From assembly GCA_965649765.1 (NCBI GenBank), contig OZ287751.1, forward strand, positions 76,632,001 through 76,696,000: DNA of 64,000 nt, written 5' to 3'. This stretch comes from Bispira polyomma. Its lineage: Eukaryota. Position 1 is the stretch's first letter. The number at the start of each line of letters is the position of its first letter. The translations under genes were made by a program, and so were the position numbers. Below, piece after piece: positions 51,046 to 62,240 of the stretch. The notes below the pieces were generated by a model that was given only the letters and a program-made list of their open reading frames with translations, made no database searches and was not told where the DNA came from.

Positions 51046-51248
51046 GTAAGTATTGACACAAGGCTTAAACCTCTCATCTTCACATCTTTTTTTTTTTGTT
51101 TCTCTTTTTTTATGTTCAAAAAAAAATAGGGAAAACATTCATGGTCATTTTTACGTCCTTGTCTTTAGTAATGTGACTTTTAGACTACACAATACAAAGT
51201 GGTAAGAGGCTTTATGTAAATTTTCTGTTGTCTCTATTATCTGTTAAC

Positions 51249-51620
51249 TTGTGGGTAAATCGCTTGGATTGGTGGAGATCGATATCACACGTAAAATTAT
51301 TTCAATATCGCCCATTATCGAGACATAGAAAGAAGTTGTGAAAAACTAAAACGTATCTGCAAAACGAAAAACCTTTCTAAATAAAACTGGAAGTGAGAAC
51401 TGCTAGAAATCTTTACAACTAAAAATAGACTTAAAATGGTCATCATCCATTATTTTTAGGCATTAACCATAAAACATCTTTAGAATCGTTGTATAAATGT
51501 TTTCCCAAGGTGTAATATGTGTCTATAATGATATCAATGTGTTTCTATTACACATCGATATCAGCACGCAAAAGCCCAAACAATAAATATTAGTGATATC
51601 GATAAACAATTTACCCACTA
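51249..51620. mobile_element. hAT-type MITE
   Basis: TIRs TTGTGGGTAAAT and (rc) TAGTGGGTAAAT, subterminal GATATC/ATCGAT motifs. 8-bp TSD ctgttaac / atgttaac. Confidence 0.8.
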
Positions 51621-52139
51621 ATGTTAACATACTGTTTTTTCTATGGACAGTAAGTAGCCAGGTCCTAAGATAGTGTCATGTATCTTGAATGTAGGTCATA
51701 TTAATTATAATGATATGCTCATCATTAAAATTTACCATATTTTGTGGATCTTATCTCCACACAGAAATATAGCCGCTGCTGCAAACTGGCCATCTTGCAT
51801 TCTTTTGTCCTAATTCAACAAATGGAAACATACACTATTTTTAGTAATGCTTAGTAATCTAGAAACTACTGCGATTTTAAAGTGCCCATATATACTAAAC
51901 CATTTACCTCGTAACAGTTTATGGTTGGTAAGGTCATAATATTCTCTTTGACAACCTGGTTTCATATCACAGGGAAACCTGTTCAGATTGGATACAAATA
52001 TCCGTTCGGGCACAAAACGCACAAAATTTCTCCCCAAAACTTGATCAAACTTTGGAGGTGTAGTTATTTTCTTTTGCACTTACAGGGTTTCATTGTGGGA
52101 GGATTCTGGCATTTCTGATAAAATGATCTTACTTTTATA

Positions 52140-52321
52140 CATTGTAACCTCTATTATCTGAACATCTTGTGAGTGCAGGTTTTTTTTTGTTCAGACAATA
52201 AAATGTTAATAAAATGGACGAGTCTTTTTGCTATAAAATAGTAAATTTGCTAGAGTGGAACAGAGTTTTAAAATAATTGAATATTCGGCTAATACAAGTT
52301 TGGATATTAGATGTACCACTG
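52140..52321. mobile_element. Tc1/mariner(pogo)-type MITE
   Basis: TA-flanked, ends cattgtaacctctattatc and gatattagatgtaccactg. Same family as 8348. Confidence 0.65.
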
Positions 52322-53491
52322 TACCACACTAGGTTATTGTCAAATAGGTTATGCATTAGTATTTAAACCTTGTCATACAAACATTAAACCAACAACATAC
52401 ATCGTTCTATCAAAATTAAAAGCACACACGACGCACGTAAAAGTAAAAGTTACATTGTAAACTTCTTTTTTCATAAATAAACTAATTTAAAGATTTCAAG
52501 TGAAGTGGTGTAACTTTGTAAGATATAAGGCACACATAAATTAAAACATTAAGAGCGAACCGTGTTGAAATCTTGATTATGAATTGAAACAACAACACTA
52601 AAGTAGTAGTTCCACTTTTGATGTATCAATGTAACTTTTGAATTGAAATTATATTTGAAACTTGGACTAGAAAGAGGGAAAACAAACATAGTTGATGATC
52701 TCTGAATCAACACAAGTTGCTTGACAAGTATTTGAAATATTCCAATATACTATCTAATCAGATGATTTCCAGCACTCTTGAAACTCAAATTTTTTCCCAC
52801 TTTCAAAATGTTTTTCTGTTTTTGCAGTCTAATTTCAGAAGACTTAAAAAGTGGGTAATTGAAAAGTGGATGAAGAGCGGTTTTGAGAATTTCTGTATCT
52901 TGGGTAGTAGAGCTGATAAGTAGGGGAGGATATAGTTGTGTATCATTTTTATGGAACTTCACAAGGCCTTTGAGTCTGTGGAGCTTTCTGTTGATATTTA
53001 CAGTGGGAATCAGACTTGTCTGAATAACAAGTGTTTATGGATGATTCTCCAACATACAAGCAATTAACAAGAATGATTTTTGCATCACGCCAGCTAGTTT
53101 AGTGAATACTGTTGTGTGCCATTTAAAACACCAGGGGCCATCTCAAGACAGCACCCTATTCAGGGGGGTGCCATTTTGACACCCCCAATATAATAATTAA
53201 CTATAATATACACGATTTTTACTTGAAAAAATTCCAGAAATACTGTTTATAGTCTTTTATAATTGTTTTAATAACTCATTTTGACAGAAATGGACACAAA
53301 TTGCCACATAATTCTGCAACATTTATTATGGGATAGCATTGTCAATGTATTTTTCATCAACCTTTTAATTTAAAGTAGAAAACCAAGCAAAAACCAACTT
53401 AACATTGAATTTATATGTACAACTAACATGTTAGCCTGTGCTTCTTTACAGCACATTTTTATCGGCCAACAGCCCTTTTTATAAGTTCTTA

Positions 53492-54085
53492 TTTGATATA
53501 CCAAGCGCTTCCTTTCAGCACATTTGCAACAAATCAGATCCGACGTTGGCCAACGTCTGTTGGGCCAACAGATTTTATATGTCAGGGAGGGGAAAAATCG
53601 GATGGTCAGTCCTAAAAGAAATACTCTGTCATATAGGTACAGTTTTCATCCCATTTTTACTCAATAATTGTCAGATCTTGATGTTGAAATTGGCATGAGA
53701 AAGTTTATTTCACTGTGATTACAGTGTTCTTTTTTGTAACAAAATTTGTTGATAAACGGCTCAGATAATAAAGTTTATAGATGGGTATACTACTTAACTT
53801 CCCCCTTAAAGTGTAAATAATACATCACAAATGTCATGACGTCAGTTTTGGGCTACATCATAATATACAAACCAGGAAGTAAAAATAGTTACCCTTACTT
53901 AACTGTAGAGATCTCAGCCGTTCCTGAACAAATTTTCGTGGGAACGAAAACACAGTAATCACAATAAAATAAGCTTTCTCCTGCCATTTTTAAAGTCATC
54001 ATCTGACAAATTTTAAGTGTACATCGGATTAAAAGGACTCACAATGTCGGAATGTACTGAAAGGAAGCGTAGGCTTAGTGTCAAA
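53492..54085. mobile_element. Foldback/long-TIR non-autonomous DNA transposon
   Basis: Imperfect inverted arms of ~250-300 bp. Examples: cgcttcctttcagcacatt with aatgtactgaaaggaagcg, and gtgattacagtgtt...aaatttgtt...aacggctcagat with atctcagccgtt...aacaaattt...aacacagtaatcac. Confidence 0.75.
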
Positions 54086-55179
54086 GTATTTACAGCTATT
54101 TGTATAGATTTTCAAAGTACAATGTACTAACACTCACATTTTAAGATTAAAGTCACTGGTGTTGAAACAGCCCCTACAAATACCCTGCAGTCAGTTATAT
54201 TTTTAGGTTTAGGAAACATGCAATAGTAGAAAAGGCCCAGTCTTCACACTTTCTCTTAAAGGATATTGGAGGCCCCTCTTTTTAAAGGCTATTTTTGATA
54301 AATAGTTGTGGTAATACTAACAAGCAAGGGGGGTGTTTGTCGAAAGTCCAAAAAAACTGATGAAAATAAATCTGACATCAGAAAGTGAATTTCACCAATT
54401 CAAATACTTTGAGACAATTCTTTAAAATAAGGTCAATGAGATGTTTCAGTTGCAGAACATAGAAGGAATATGTTGTTGTATACATTCTGTAACAAATTTC
54501 TATCTAATCATAATGTCAGTTTGTTAAAATTTATTAAAATAAACAACTTTTATGCTTGAGTTGAAACTTAATATCAAAAAGAGACCTGGTCTCTTTGTGT
54601 AAAATTAAGGTGAATAGCTATCCGACTTATACAAAAAAACACCATGTGTACTGAAGACTGCATTGGAATTTTAATTGTTTACAAACTTAGTGTATCAGAT
54701 TTGACTTGAAAGGAGGGAAAATGCAATGCAAATAAGATTAAACCCGGAGTAAAAGTTATACAATCAGTTGGTTTGTGCTTTGAAACAGTATTCCTTCAAG
54801 GGAAGTAGTATATGGGGTTGTTGATTTGGATGAAATTTAGTTTTTGAATTTATAGTTTATATTAATTATTACAGTGAAAAGACTTTTATAACTTCTTTTT
54901 TTGTCACCTTAGTGTGAACTGAAAAGGTAAAATGATAATTGGCAATAGTGAATTTTTACTTTTTTTTTTCGAATTTAAATTTTACTTACATGCTTTTACA
55001 TTTTTCAGCAAGTCTTGTAGTGATATAATGAGACACATTTCTGTTGCATTTCTGACAATCAGTCAAGGGGAAAAATTAGAACTGTTAGATAAGATGTAAA
55101 GCTACTATCTCAGTCAGTAATCTGTAAAACCCGAAAATTGACACATGATGAAACAGATAAAATAGTAAACAAAGCAAGA

Positions 55180-55570
55180 AAAATATTAAATGAATAGTTC
55201 TTGAAAGTTTGCACAGTAAAATATATGGATATATTAAAAGAATAATTATCTGAGGTTTGCATAGTAAAATATACTGAAATATTAAATGAATACTTTTTTA
55301 AAATTTGTATAGCAAAATATACAGAAATAATAAATGAATAATTACCCTAAACTTCCTCGTAATAGCCCATGGGCTTTTAACTTGAACTTAAGGAAATGTA
55401 GGGGATGGGCTCTTAAGAGAATGTGGTTTTTTCATTCAAAAATTTAACAGTATTTATAGAAAACTAGGGGTGGGCTCTTATGAAAGCATGGGCTATTACG
55501 AGGGAGTTTAGGGTATCTAAAGTTTGCATTGCGTGGACAGCTTGGTATAATATACAGAAATATTAATTAA
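55180..55570. repeat. ~54-bp degenerate tandem repeat (~4 units) interrupted by a MITE
   Basis: Repeated aaatattaaatgaata...aagtttgcatagtaaaatatac. Confidence 0.7.
55345..55513. mobile_element. Tc1/mariner-type MITE, 169 bp
   Basis: 27-bp TIR CCCTAAACT(T/C)CCTCGTAATAGCCCATG, 26/27 identical. TA duplicated at 55343-44 and 55514-15. Confidence 0.9.
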
Positions 55571-55664
55571 GACCACACAGCACAAAATCATGTGATTCCA
55601 CACTCTAGGTCATAAATTTTTTAGTTTTCATTATTTTTTAAATTCTGCTTTATCACCTTTAAGG

Positions 55665-55857
55665 CACGGCAGAACATTATCTAAACAGGGTGTGAGAGCA
55701 ACATTCTGTTTGGATAATAGAAAATTCATAAAATAGAAGATGCATTTTAGTAACGAAACAGGAGGAAAACGTAAATTTGGGAGAGCGAAAAAATGAGGAG
55801 TTCATGAAATCCAATATTTGGATGATAGAAGTTTGGATAATAGGTGTTCTTTTAGTA
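55665..55857. mobile_element. Degraded Tc1/mariner(pogo)-type MITE
   Basis: gcagaacattatctaaac...gtttggataatag...gtttggataataggtgttct. Same family as 8348. Confidence 0.55.
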
Positions 55858-57527
55858 TCTAAAACTGTAGCCCTGTTATTTAAGATATCATGTCATTTTG
55901 TCATCTCTATCTTATCTTTATACAATATTTACACACGCCACACCACACATGCATATTCAGCACTGCCTGTCACCTGACGTTTAGAATCAGTCATATCCTC
56001 AAAGGAGAGTGTCCGTATCTCTAAATTTAAATATTACAAATTAAATATTGTTACATAGGAGTTCATAAAATGTAGCGTATGATTTCTCAGACCATCAATT
56101 GCCTCTGTGTGGCAATTATTTTGAGCAATTTAATTTAACTTTTAGAGGTGATGTGTACATTTTTTTGTTCTATTAAACTTAAGAGAGAAAGGCCGCCCCA
56201 GAAAAAAAAGACTGACATTTTTGTTATGTGTGGTTATAAGACGGTTGTAATCAAATTATTATAACAGGTGATTAAAGGTGTGTTGTGTGTTTGCTCGCCA
56301 AGTTAGGAAACATTAAAGAGAACCATCACTTTCCCACCACATGATTTTCTGATGTTGAGAAAGAAGCATTTATTCCGGCTATTTGATCAATTCACAGTTT
56401 GGGTTAAGAAATGTTATTTTAGAACAGACATGGGAGGGGTATGTTGGGGGGGGGGGACCTGGGGAAGGTGGGGGGAGGGGGGGAGGGAGTTTTATTAGTA
56501 GACATTGTCATTCTTGTGTCTGGGCCTATTATCTTCTTCTTTTTTTAAAATTATTTGAGCATCTCTATTCTGTATCTAAAAGATGTCTTTTTACCATAAC
56601 ACCCACCTCTTCAAGGTGTGTGTGTTCATTTAATTTTTTTCTCTCTCTATGTATATAGATATATATCAGGCATTTTATTGTTATTATCATCAGTGTCATC
56701 AATTGGGTCTGTGTAGTTCTCTAATGTTGAAGGGCGTTGGGCAAACTGAATAGGAATGTATAAAGAATTACTGGTTTGTTTAGGCAGTTGAGTTGAAAAC
56801 ATCCTTTTATGTGGCACTTGTTTCCCTGTTTTCCTATTTTGTGGGGACAATTTGGTGAGGGGCCGAGCCTTCAATCGGGCGGAAGAGTAAAATAACAAAC
56901 TTTGAAGACATATGACTTTGCTAATCCCGTGAAATGGTCCGTTTTAAGGGGTGTGTAGGTTGGGGGGCCCTGTTTTCACATGTGTCGAGAAGACACAGAG
57001 GGAGAAAGAGGATTAGTAATGTTAAATTATGCTGAGCCGTTGGTGGAGTGTTGTTACTGCCTGGCTCAGTGTGTTTTCATGTGGTCGTCACCTCTTTGAA
57101 GTGGTGCTTGTTTGGAGAAGACAGTTTTATTTGAGCGACGGGAGGACACACACTGTAATATAGATATATATGTATAGTTATTGAAGGAAATGTTTCATCT
57201 TTTTCCCAGTGGCCGGGTTTATCTTTTGTGTAACACAGTGTGTTGTATAACTTAAAGAAATGACAAAGTTTTGACGAAAAAAAAAGGAAGAAGATAATTA
57301 AGCCTAACATTTACAAAGCTTTTTTTTTTTGGTATTCTAATCACATTGAGAAGGTTTTTTTTAAAGATTCTAAACAATAAATTAAAAGATTTGAAATAGT
57401 TAAATTCATTTACGTTTTAATATACATTCACAAAAACTCCCCCAAACAGCTCTGCGGTATTAATATATCAAAGAAAGAGGCGTTTCCTGTGTGAATTAAG
57501 GAATTCTGTGTTTCTCTATTTGAACAG

Positions 57528-57567
57528 GTATGACGTGGACTCACCTAGCGCACGTTTAGAGCAGCAC
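57528..57567 (+). CDS. CPNE8: Copine (CPNE5/8/9-like), exon 4; gene continues beyond the window
   Basis: Acceptor ttgaacag|, donor |gtaagt. 40 nt translating (L)YDVDSPSARLEQH, versus CPNE8 YDVDSKSPNLSKH. The next exon (DFLG...) was not found before 64000. Confidence 0.92.
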
Positions 57568-57782
57568 GTAAGTTTTAAGCCTTGTTTGCATACACAGGGA
57601 TGTGTGTACATCATCCTTATACGGCAAGCCTCTCCAACAATTTGAGGCAAGATTATTTAGTTTACAACATATTTACTCTTAATAAGGCATCACTTTCTTA
57701 TTTTTGTAGTCCAATTTTAATAATTGTCTCACTATTTTCTTCAGTGTTCACTAATAACAAATTTTTGTACCAAATACATGTA

Positions 57783-57954
57783 CAGTTAAACTCCTTTAAG
57801 TAGAACTCTTGTTAAATCATTTTCCCTTTTTAGGTGGTGAAAATTATGTAGTAAGACACTTTTCCTTTAAAATGTACCCTGTTTTGTGGAAATCCTGCTA
57901 AAGTAGAGATATTTCTCAGGGTCCCTTGAGGTTCCATTTAAAGGGGTTCAACTG
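57783..57954. mobile_element. Tc1/mariner(pogo)-type MITE
   Basis: TA-flanked. TIRs CAGTTAAACTCCTTTAAGTAGAAC and (rc) CAGTTGAACCCCTTTAAATGGAAC. Confidence 0.75.
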
Positions 57955-60649
57955 TACCTGTATATTACAACAAGGAAGTTGAAAATTCTATTTAACTTCC
58001 GTCATTCAGCTCTCTATCCCATCAATTATTGCTCCCAGAGTGATTTTTATTGGATACGTTATACAGATGTATGGAGACACTCTAAAGATATATATTAGGA
58101 CCACAAATGTTGACATATATATGTGTGACGTATACAGATGACTAACCCTTTGAATGGAAACAGGGCATTAAGCCCACACCTTGTTTCTCTGTCTGTGTGT
58201 CATCTTCACTGTATATGCTGTTCCAGTCATATAGCATGTAACAATTCTGTTCATACAACAAACGCATGTCTCAAGGTTTTACTTCAGCTTTTAGTAATAC
58301 ATGCATGTCCAAAAATTCTTGGAAATTAAGTCCCAAATTCAAGACCATACTTGACTGTCAATAAGACTTTAATTAATAGAAATAACCTCTACTTGCGAGA
58401 GCTTTCAACACTCAATTTAAATTAGAATTCAGATTTAAAGTTTTTAATTCCAAGAATTTTGTTTCTAATTATCACTCACGTAAGCGGACAAACGCCTAAA
58501 ATATATAAAGAACAATTTAATACCTATTTTAACTTCATCTTTTCTTAAGTTTTGTTGGGAGATAAGTGAAATTTGTTTACATGCAAAATGCAAAACGATC
58601 GGCAAATGATCAGCCCTAAACTATGGGTCACATGACCCAGTAAAAATGGATATTGATTAATAATAGGAAGTAATCGCTAAGAGGAAGTTAGGCGATAAAT
58701 TAGTGACATTTTCTGCCACATAATATCTCTACGTACACAAAGTATTTCTTTACTGTGTAGGCTGAGATATAGGGGAATGTAGATTTCAGCACAAGTATCA
58801 GTTGGTACGTAGTTCAAGAATGAGGAAACTCTTCCCTGTCTTAACACACTAAATTGTTTAACATTAAACAAGATGTAAGAGGTTTCTCTTACACAATCAT
58901 TACTTACTCTAAACTATGACATACATGTTGGTGTAACTCTATCACAGATTAGAGGGATTATCATCAGCAAATATAACAAACACCTACCACATTAAAAGGC
59001 TTTGTCAGTGCAGGTTTCGGGAGTCTTTGCTTAAGAAATATAGTCGGCCTTTTTTGTCTGTCAAATATGTTAAATGATAATGGATAAACTGGATCTTTTG
59101 ATGCAAAGATCGTCATCTTGTTAGTGATGAACCACTTCACTTGCTTTACATTTAAGATATGTACAATGAAATCTGCCACTTTTAGTAAAATTTTTATTTA
59201 ATAGTTTAAACCAATCAGATTACCTGCATCTAAATTGACCAGCCAATGAAATTAGCCGTTGATATTAGACTTTAAAGAATAAAAAGACCTTGATCTCTAG
59301 ATCTATATTTGCATCTTTACAGAATTCAGTTTTTGACTCAAAAATACCTGACTTTATCAAAGACATTTTAAACCAAACCGTAACACAGCATCGTTGGGCA
59401 CTATTTTTGGTATTTGATGAAAAGCTTTGATAAAAAGCATTTCTTTTGTAAGTTAGACTTCATATTTACAATTATACACTTATAAGCATTTTTCTTGAGC
59501 AACGATCGCCATTTTGTACTTCCACTGTGATTCGCCAGAGCAACATGATGACTTGCGTATTTATGGTGTCCCCCCCCCCCCCCCCCCTAAAACCGTACCT
59601 ATGTCATGAGTTGTCATGTAACAGCCCTCAGTAAGTTTGTTCATGTATTATTAATATTCAGTTCAGACAAGTTATATTTAATATAATTTTAGAAGAGGTA
59701 AAACTCCCTGTTAAACTATAGGTTAGCACATAGTAGATACCATATTTAAAATATTAGAACGTTTACCATCATCTGTGTATATTTCAACGATGTCTAAATT
59801 GCAAATTGAAGTGTTTATTACTGTGTTTTTTTGTGTGATATAGTATAGTACTAGTGTGTATCCTCAGTTATACATACACATACACACATCAGATGTAATA
59901 ACATGTAGTTGTTTGTCTGTTTTTTTATATGTTTGTGACATAAAAAAGGGTGAATAAATTATACACATACCGATGGTCTTACTTTCCCAACACTCTCTTG
60001 CAATCTTCCATTGTCATACAACTTTAAATTTTGCATTTTCAAAGTTTTTAGGAATCTACTTTGCCTGTATATGAGCTTCTGTGAAAAAAGTGAAATGTCT
60101 TTAAAATACAAATAGTTTAATATGTTTTCTCTTTTTTGCCTTGTTTGTGTTTCATATTAACTGTGTCATTTGCTGTCAAGTGTTGGTTAAATGGTGTAAT
60201 AATAATATTTACATTACAGATTTCTCACTTCATCAGGGTCTTTTCTCAGTCTTGCAATTCTTTTTTTAATAATTTATTAAATTTTAACAGCTATAAAAAT
60301 GTTCTCAGTTACAGTACTAAATTATCTGTGTGGATAAATAAATTATAATTTGTTAGTTATGATATTAAACTTTTGACATCTTTGACAGAAAAGCTCCACA
60401 CTCATAGGTGAACTTATTTCTTAAAGTTTCAGTGAACGGCCAACCCCTTCAGTTTTTTTCAACTGGATCTTGCATATTCCTTCGACTTAAATGGCTGTCA
60501 CTCCGTGTACTATTTAATGGACAAGGAACTAGTGGATGATACCTGGTTGTGTAACTGTCAACTATCTACAAAGTACTGGGTTGTTGTTTTTTTGGCTATT
60601 ACAGTGTAACTTCCAACAGATTTCCTATTTCTCACATAAGGTTTATTAC

Positions 60650-60870
60650 CTATGCCTAAAAAGGTTTCTTTTTTGCCCTTGTTTGTTACTTTGTTTGTTG
60701 TACAAAATACTACTGAACTGATTTAAGAGTTGGTAGAGAGATGGGACACTGCCCAAGTAAGAATCCATTAAATTTTGGAGCAGATCCAGGTAACACGGCT
60801 GATCCAGGACTTCTTTTTTTTTGCACTCTAGATCCTTGGTGGATCATGGAGGCATTCCCTACTAATTGTG
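60650..60870 (+). repeat. Interspersed repeat, with an inverted second copy at 62085-62240
   Basis: tgtttgt...aaaatactactgaactgattt...gcccaagtaagaatccattaaattttggagcagatccagg. Confidence 0.55.
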
Positions 60871-60954
60871 AGAATATGTAATGTTTTGTAAAAATATTTC
60901 CAGCAGTGTTATTAACATTCTTGTGGTAATACATTGTTTCATGGGAACTGTGTT

Positions 60955-61195
60955 GGGACCTCAGTGTTGTACATGTAGTGGTAACACACTCGCCTTCCAC
61001 CTTTGTAGTCATGGGTTTGAAACTCGACCCTGGTATGTATTGTGGGAAAGTTGGTAGTAGATTTGCTGAAGGCTGCTGTTTTATAGAGCAGAAATCCTTG
61101 AACAACAACTTGTCGTGATTTCCCCCATCAATAAATTGTTGTTTGTAAAATGACACAAGATGTGTTGAAAGAGATGGTGAAACCAAGCTAAACTA
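60955..61195 (+). mobile_element. tRNA-derived SINE, family A
   Basis: gggacctcagtg...gtagtggtaacacactcgccttcca...gggtttgaaactc...ggtagtagatttgctgaagg...atgacacaagatgtgttgaaag. Confidence 0.78.
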
Positions 61196-61490
61196 GACAT
61201 GTGAAGTATGACTCTATCCTGGAATACAAAGTAGCTGATATTTGTGAAATTAGAAATGTACATATGTTGTCATCTTGTTGTTCATATAAAAAAGAAGCAT
61301 TGCAAATATCTTTAGCAAGTGTTATACATAGATTTATTACATGTAGTGACATATAACAGTTTGTTACAACACTTGATGTACACAATATATTACACCAGGA
61401 AATATATAATCTCAACAGTGGTATCATTAATATTGTCACTAATTACTTTTTAGAAACAATGGCATATTTATATTAGCATATAAATATATA

Positions 61491-61720
61491 GAGAAAGGAA
61501 TCTGAAATTGGCCGCTGTATCTGAAATTCGCCACTGCTAAAATTGAAGTTAACTCAATGAAAACTGGTGAAATTTTACTGGAAATTAGGTGATTAAATGC
61601 AAAATAGCCACAAAAATCTTCATTGCCCACAATTTGACAAACAATTGAAATAATTGAGTTAGCTTAAATTTTAGGGTTGGTCAATTTCAGATACAGTGGC
61701 CAATTTTAGATTCCTTAGTC
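61491..61720. mobile_element. MITE with ~40-bp TIRs, TA-flanked
   Basis: GAGAAAGGAATCTGAAATTGGCCGCTGTATCTGAAATT and (rc) GACTAAGGAATCTAAAATTGGCCACTGTATCTGAAATT. Confidence 0.82.
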
Positions 61721-62084
61721 TATATTCATTACAGTTTTTACCAAATTGTGGTTAGCAATGTTTGAATATTTTGCAGATCTTATTGATGTTACATTTGATA
61801 GATGTCATATTTTACTGCTATTTACAGTAGTACCTCTTCATTAAATAGTTTGTGTTTTATTATAATTTCAACACTATGTGTTTAATTTTGCTAGGTATGA
61901 AAATGAGTAACATTGTGTTGGCTCACATATGGACACTCCATTCATAATATGAATTTCATATGTCCTGAACCATTTATGCAATGTATCATCACCACTAAAG
62001 TGGCATATATTAGAATATCCGTATTTTGTCATACACATACCTCCATCATTAAAGGTTCTACAGTTGTAAAAAAATTTTTTCTTC

Positions 62085-62240
62085 CCGTATTTGCTCTAAA
62101 ATTTTATAAACTTTTCCTTGGCCCATACCCCAACAACCCTCCACTCAATTTCTTGTCAATCAGTTCAGTATCTTTTTTTTTTTTTGTGTAATCTTGGTGA
62201 TAAACAAACGAACAAACCTTAACAACCAACTGAAATGGGT
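62085..62240 (-). repeat. Interspersed repeat, inverted copy of the 60650 family
   Basis: gctctaaaattttataaacttttccttggccc...aatcagttcagta...aaacaaac is the reverse-complement counterpart of 60690-60785. Confidence 0.55.

Noticed and set aside
58625-58638. Perfect palindrome GGGTCAcaTGACCC as a nuclear-receptor response element
   Set aside because: A single 14-bp motif inside CpG-rich, TE-like intronic sequence, with no supporting evidence.
60710-61186. 158-aa minus-strand ORF
   Set aside because: It lies across a SINE and another interspersed repeat in an intron and shows no recognisable protein similarity.
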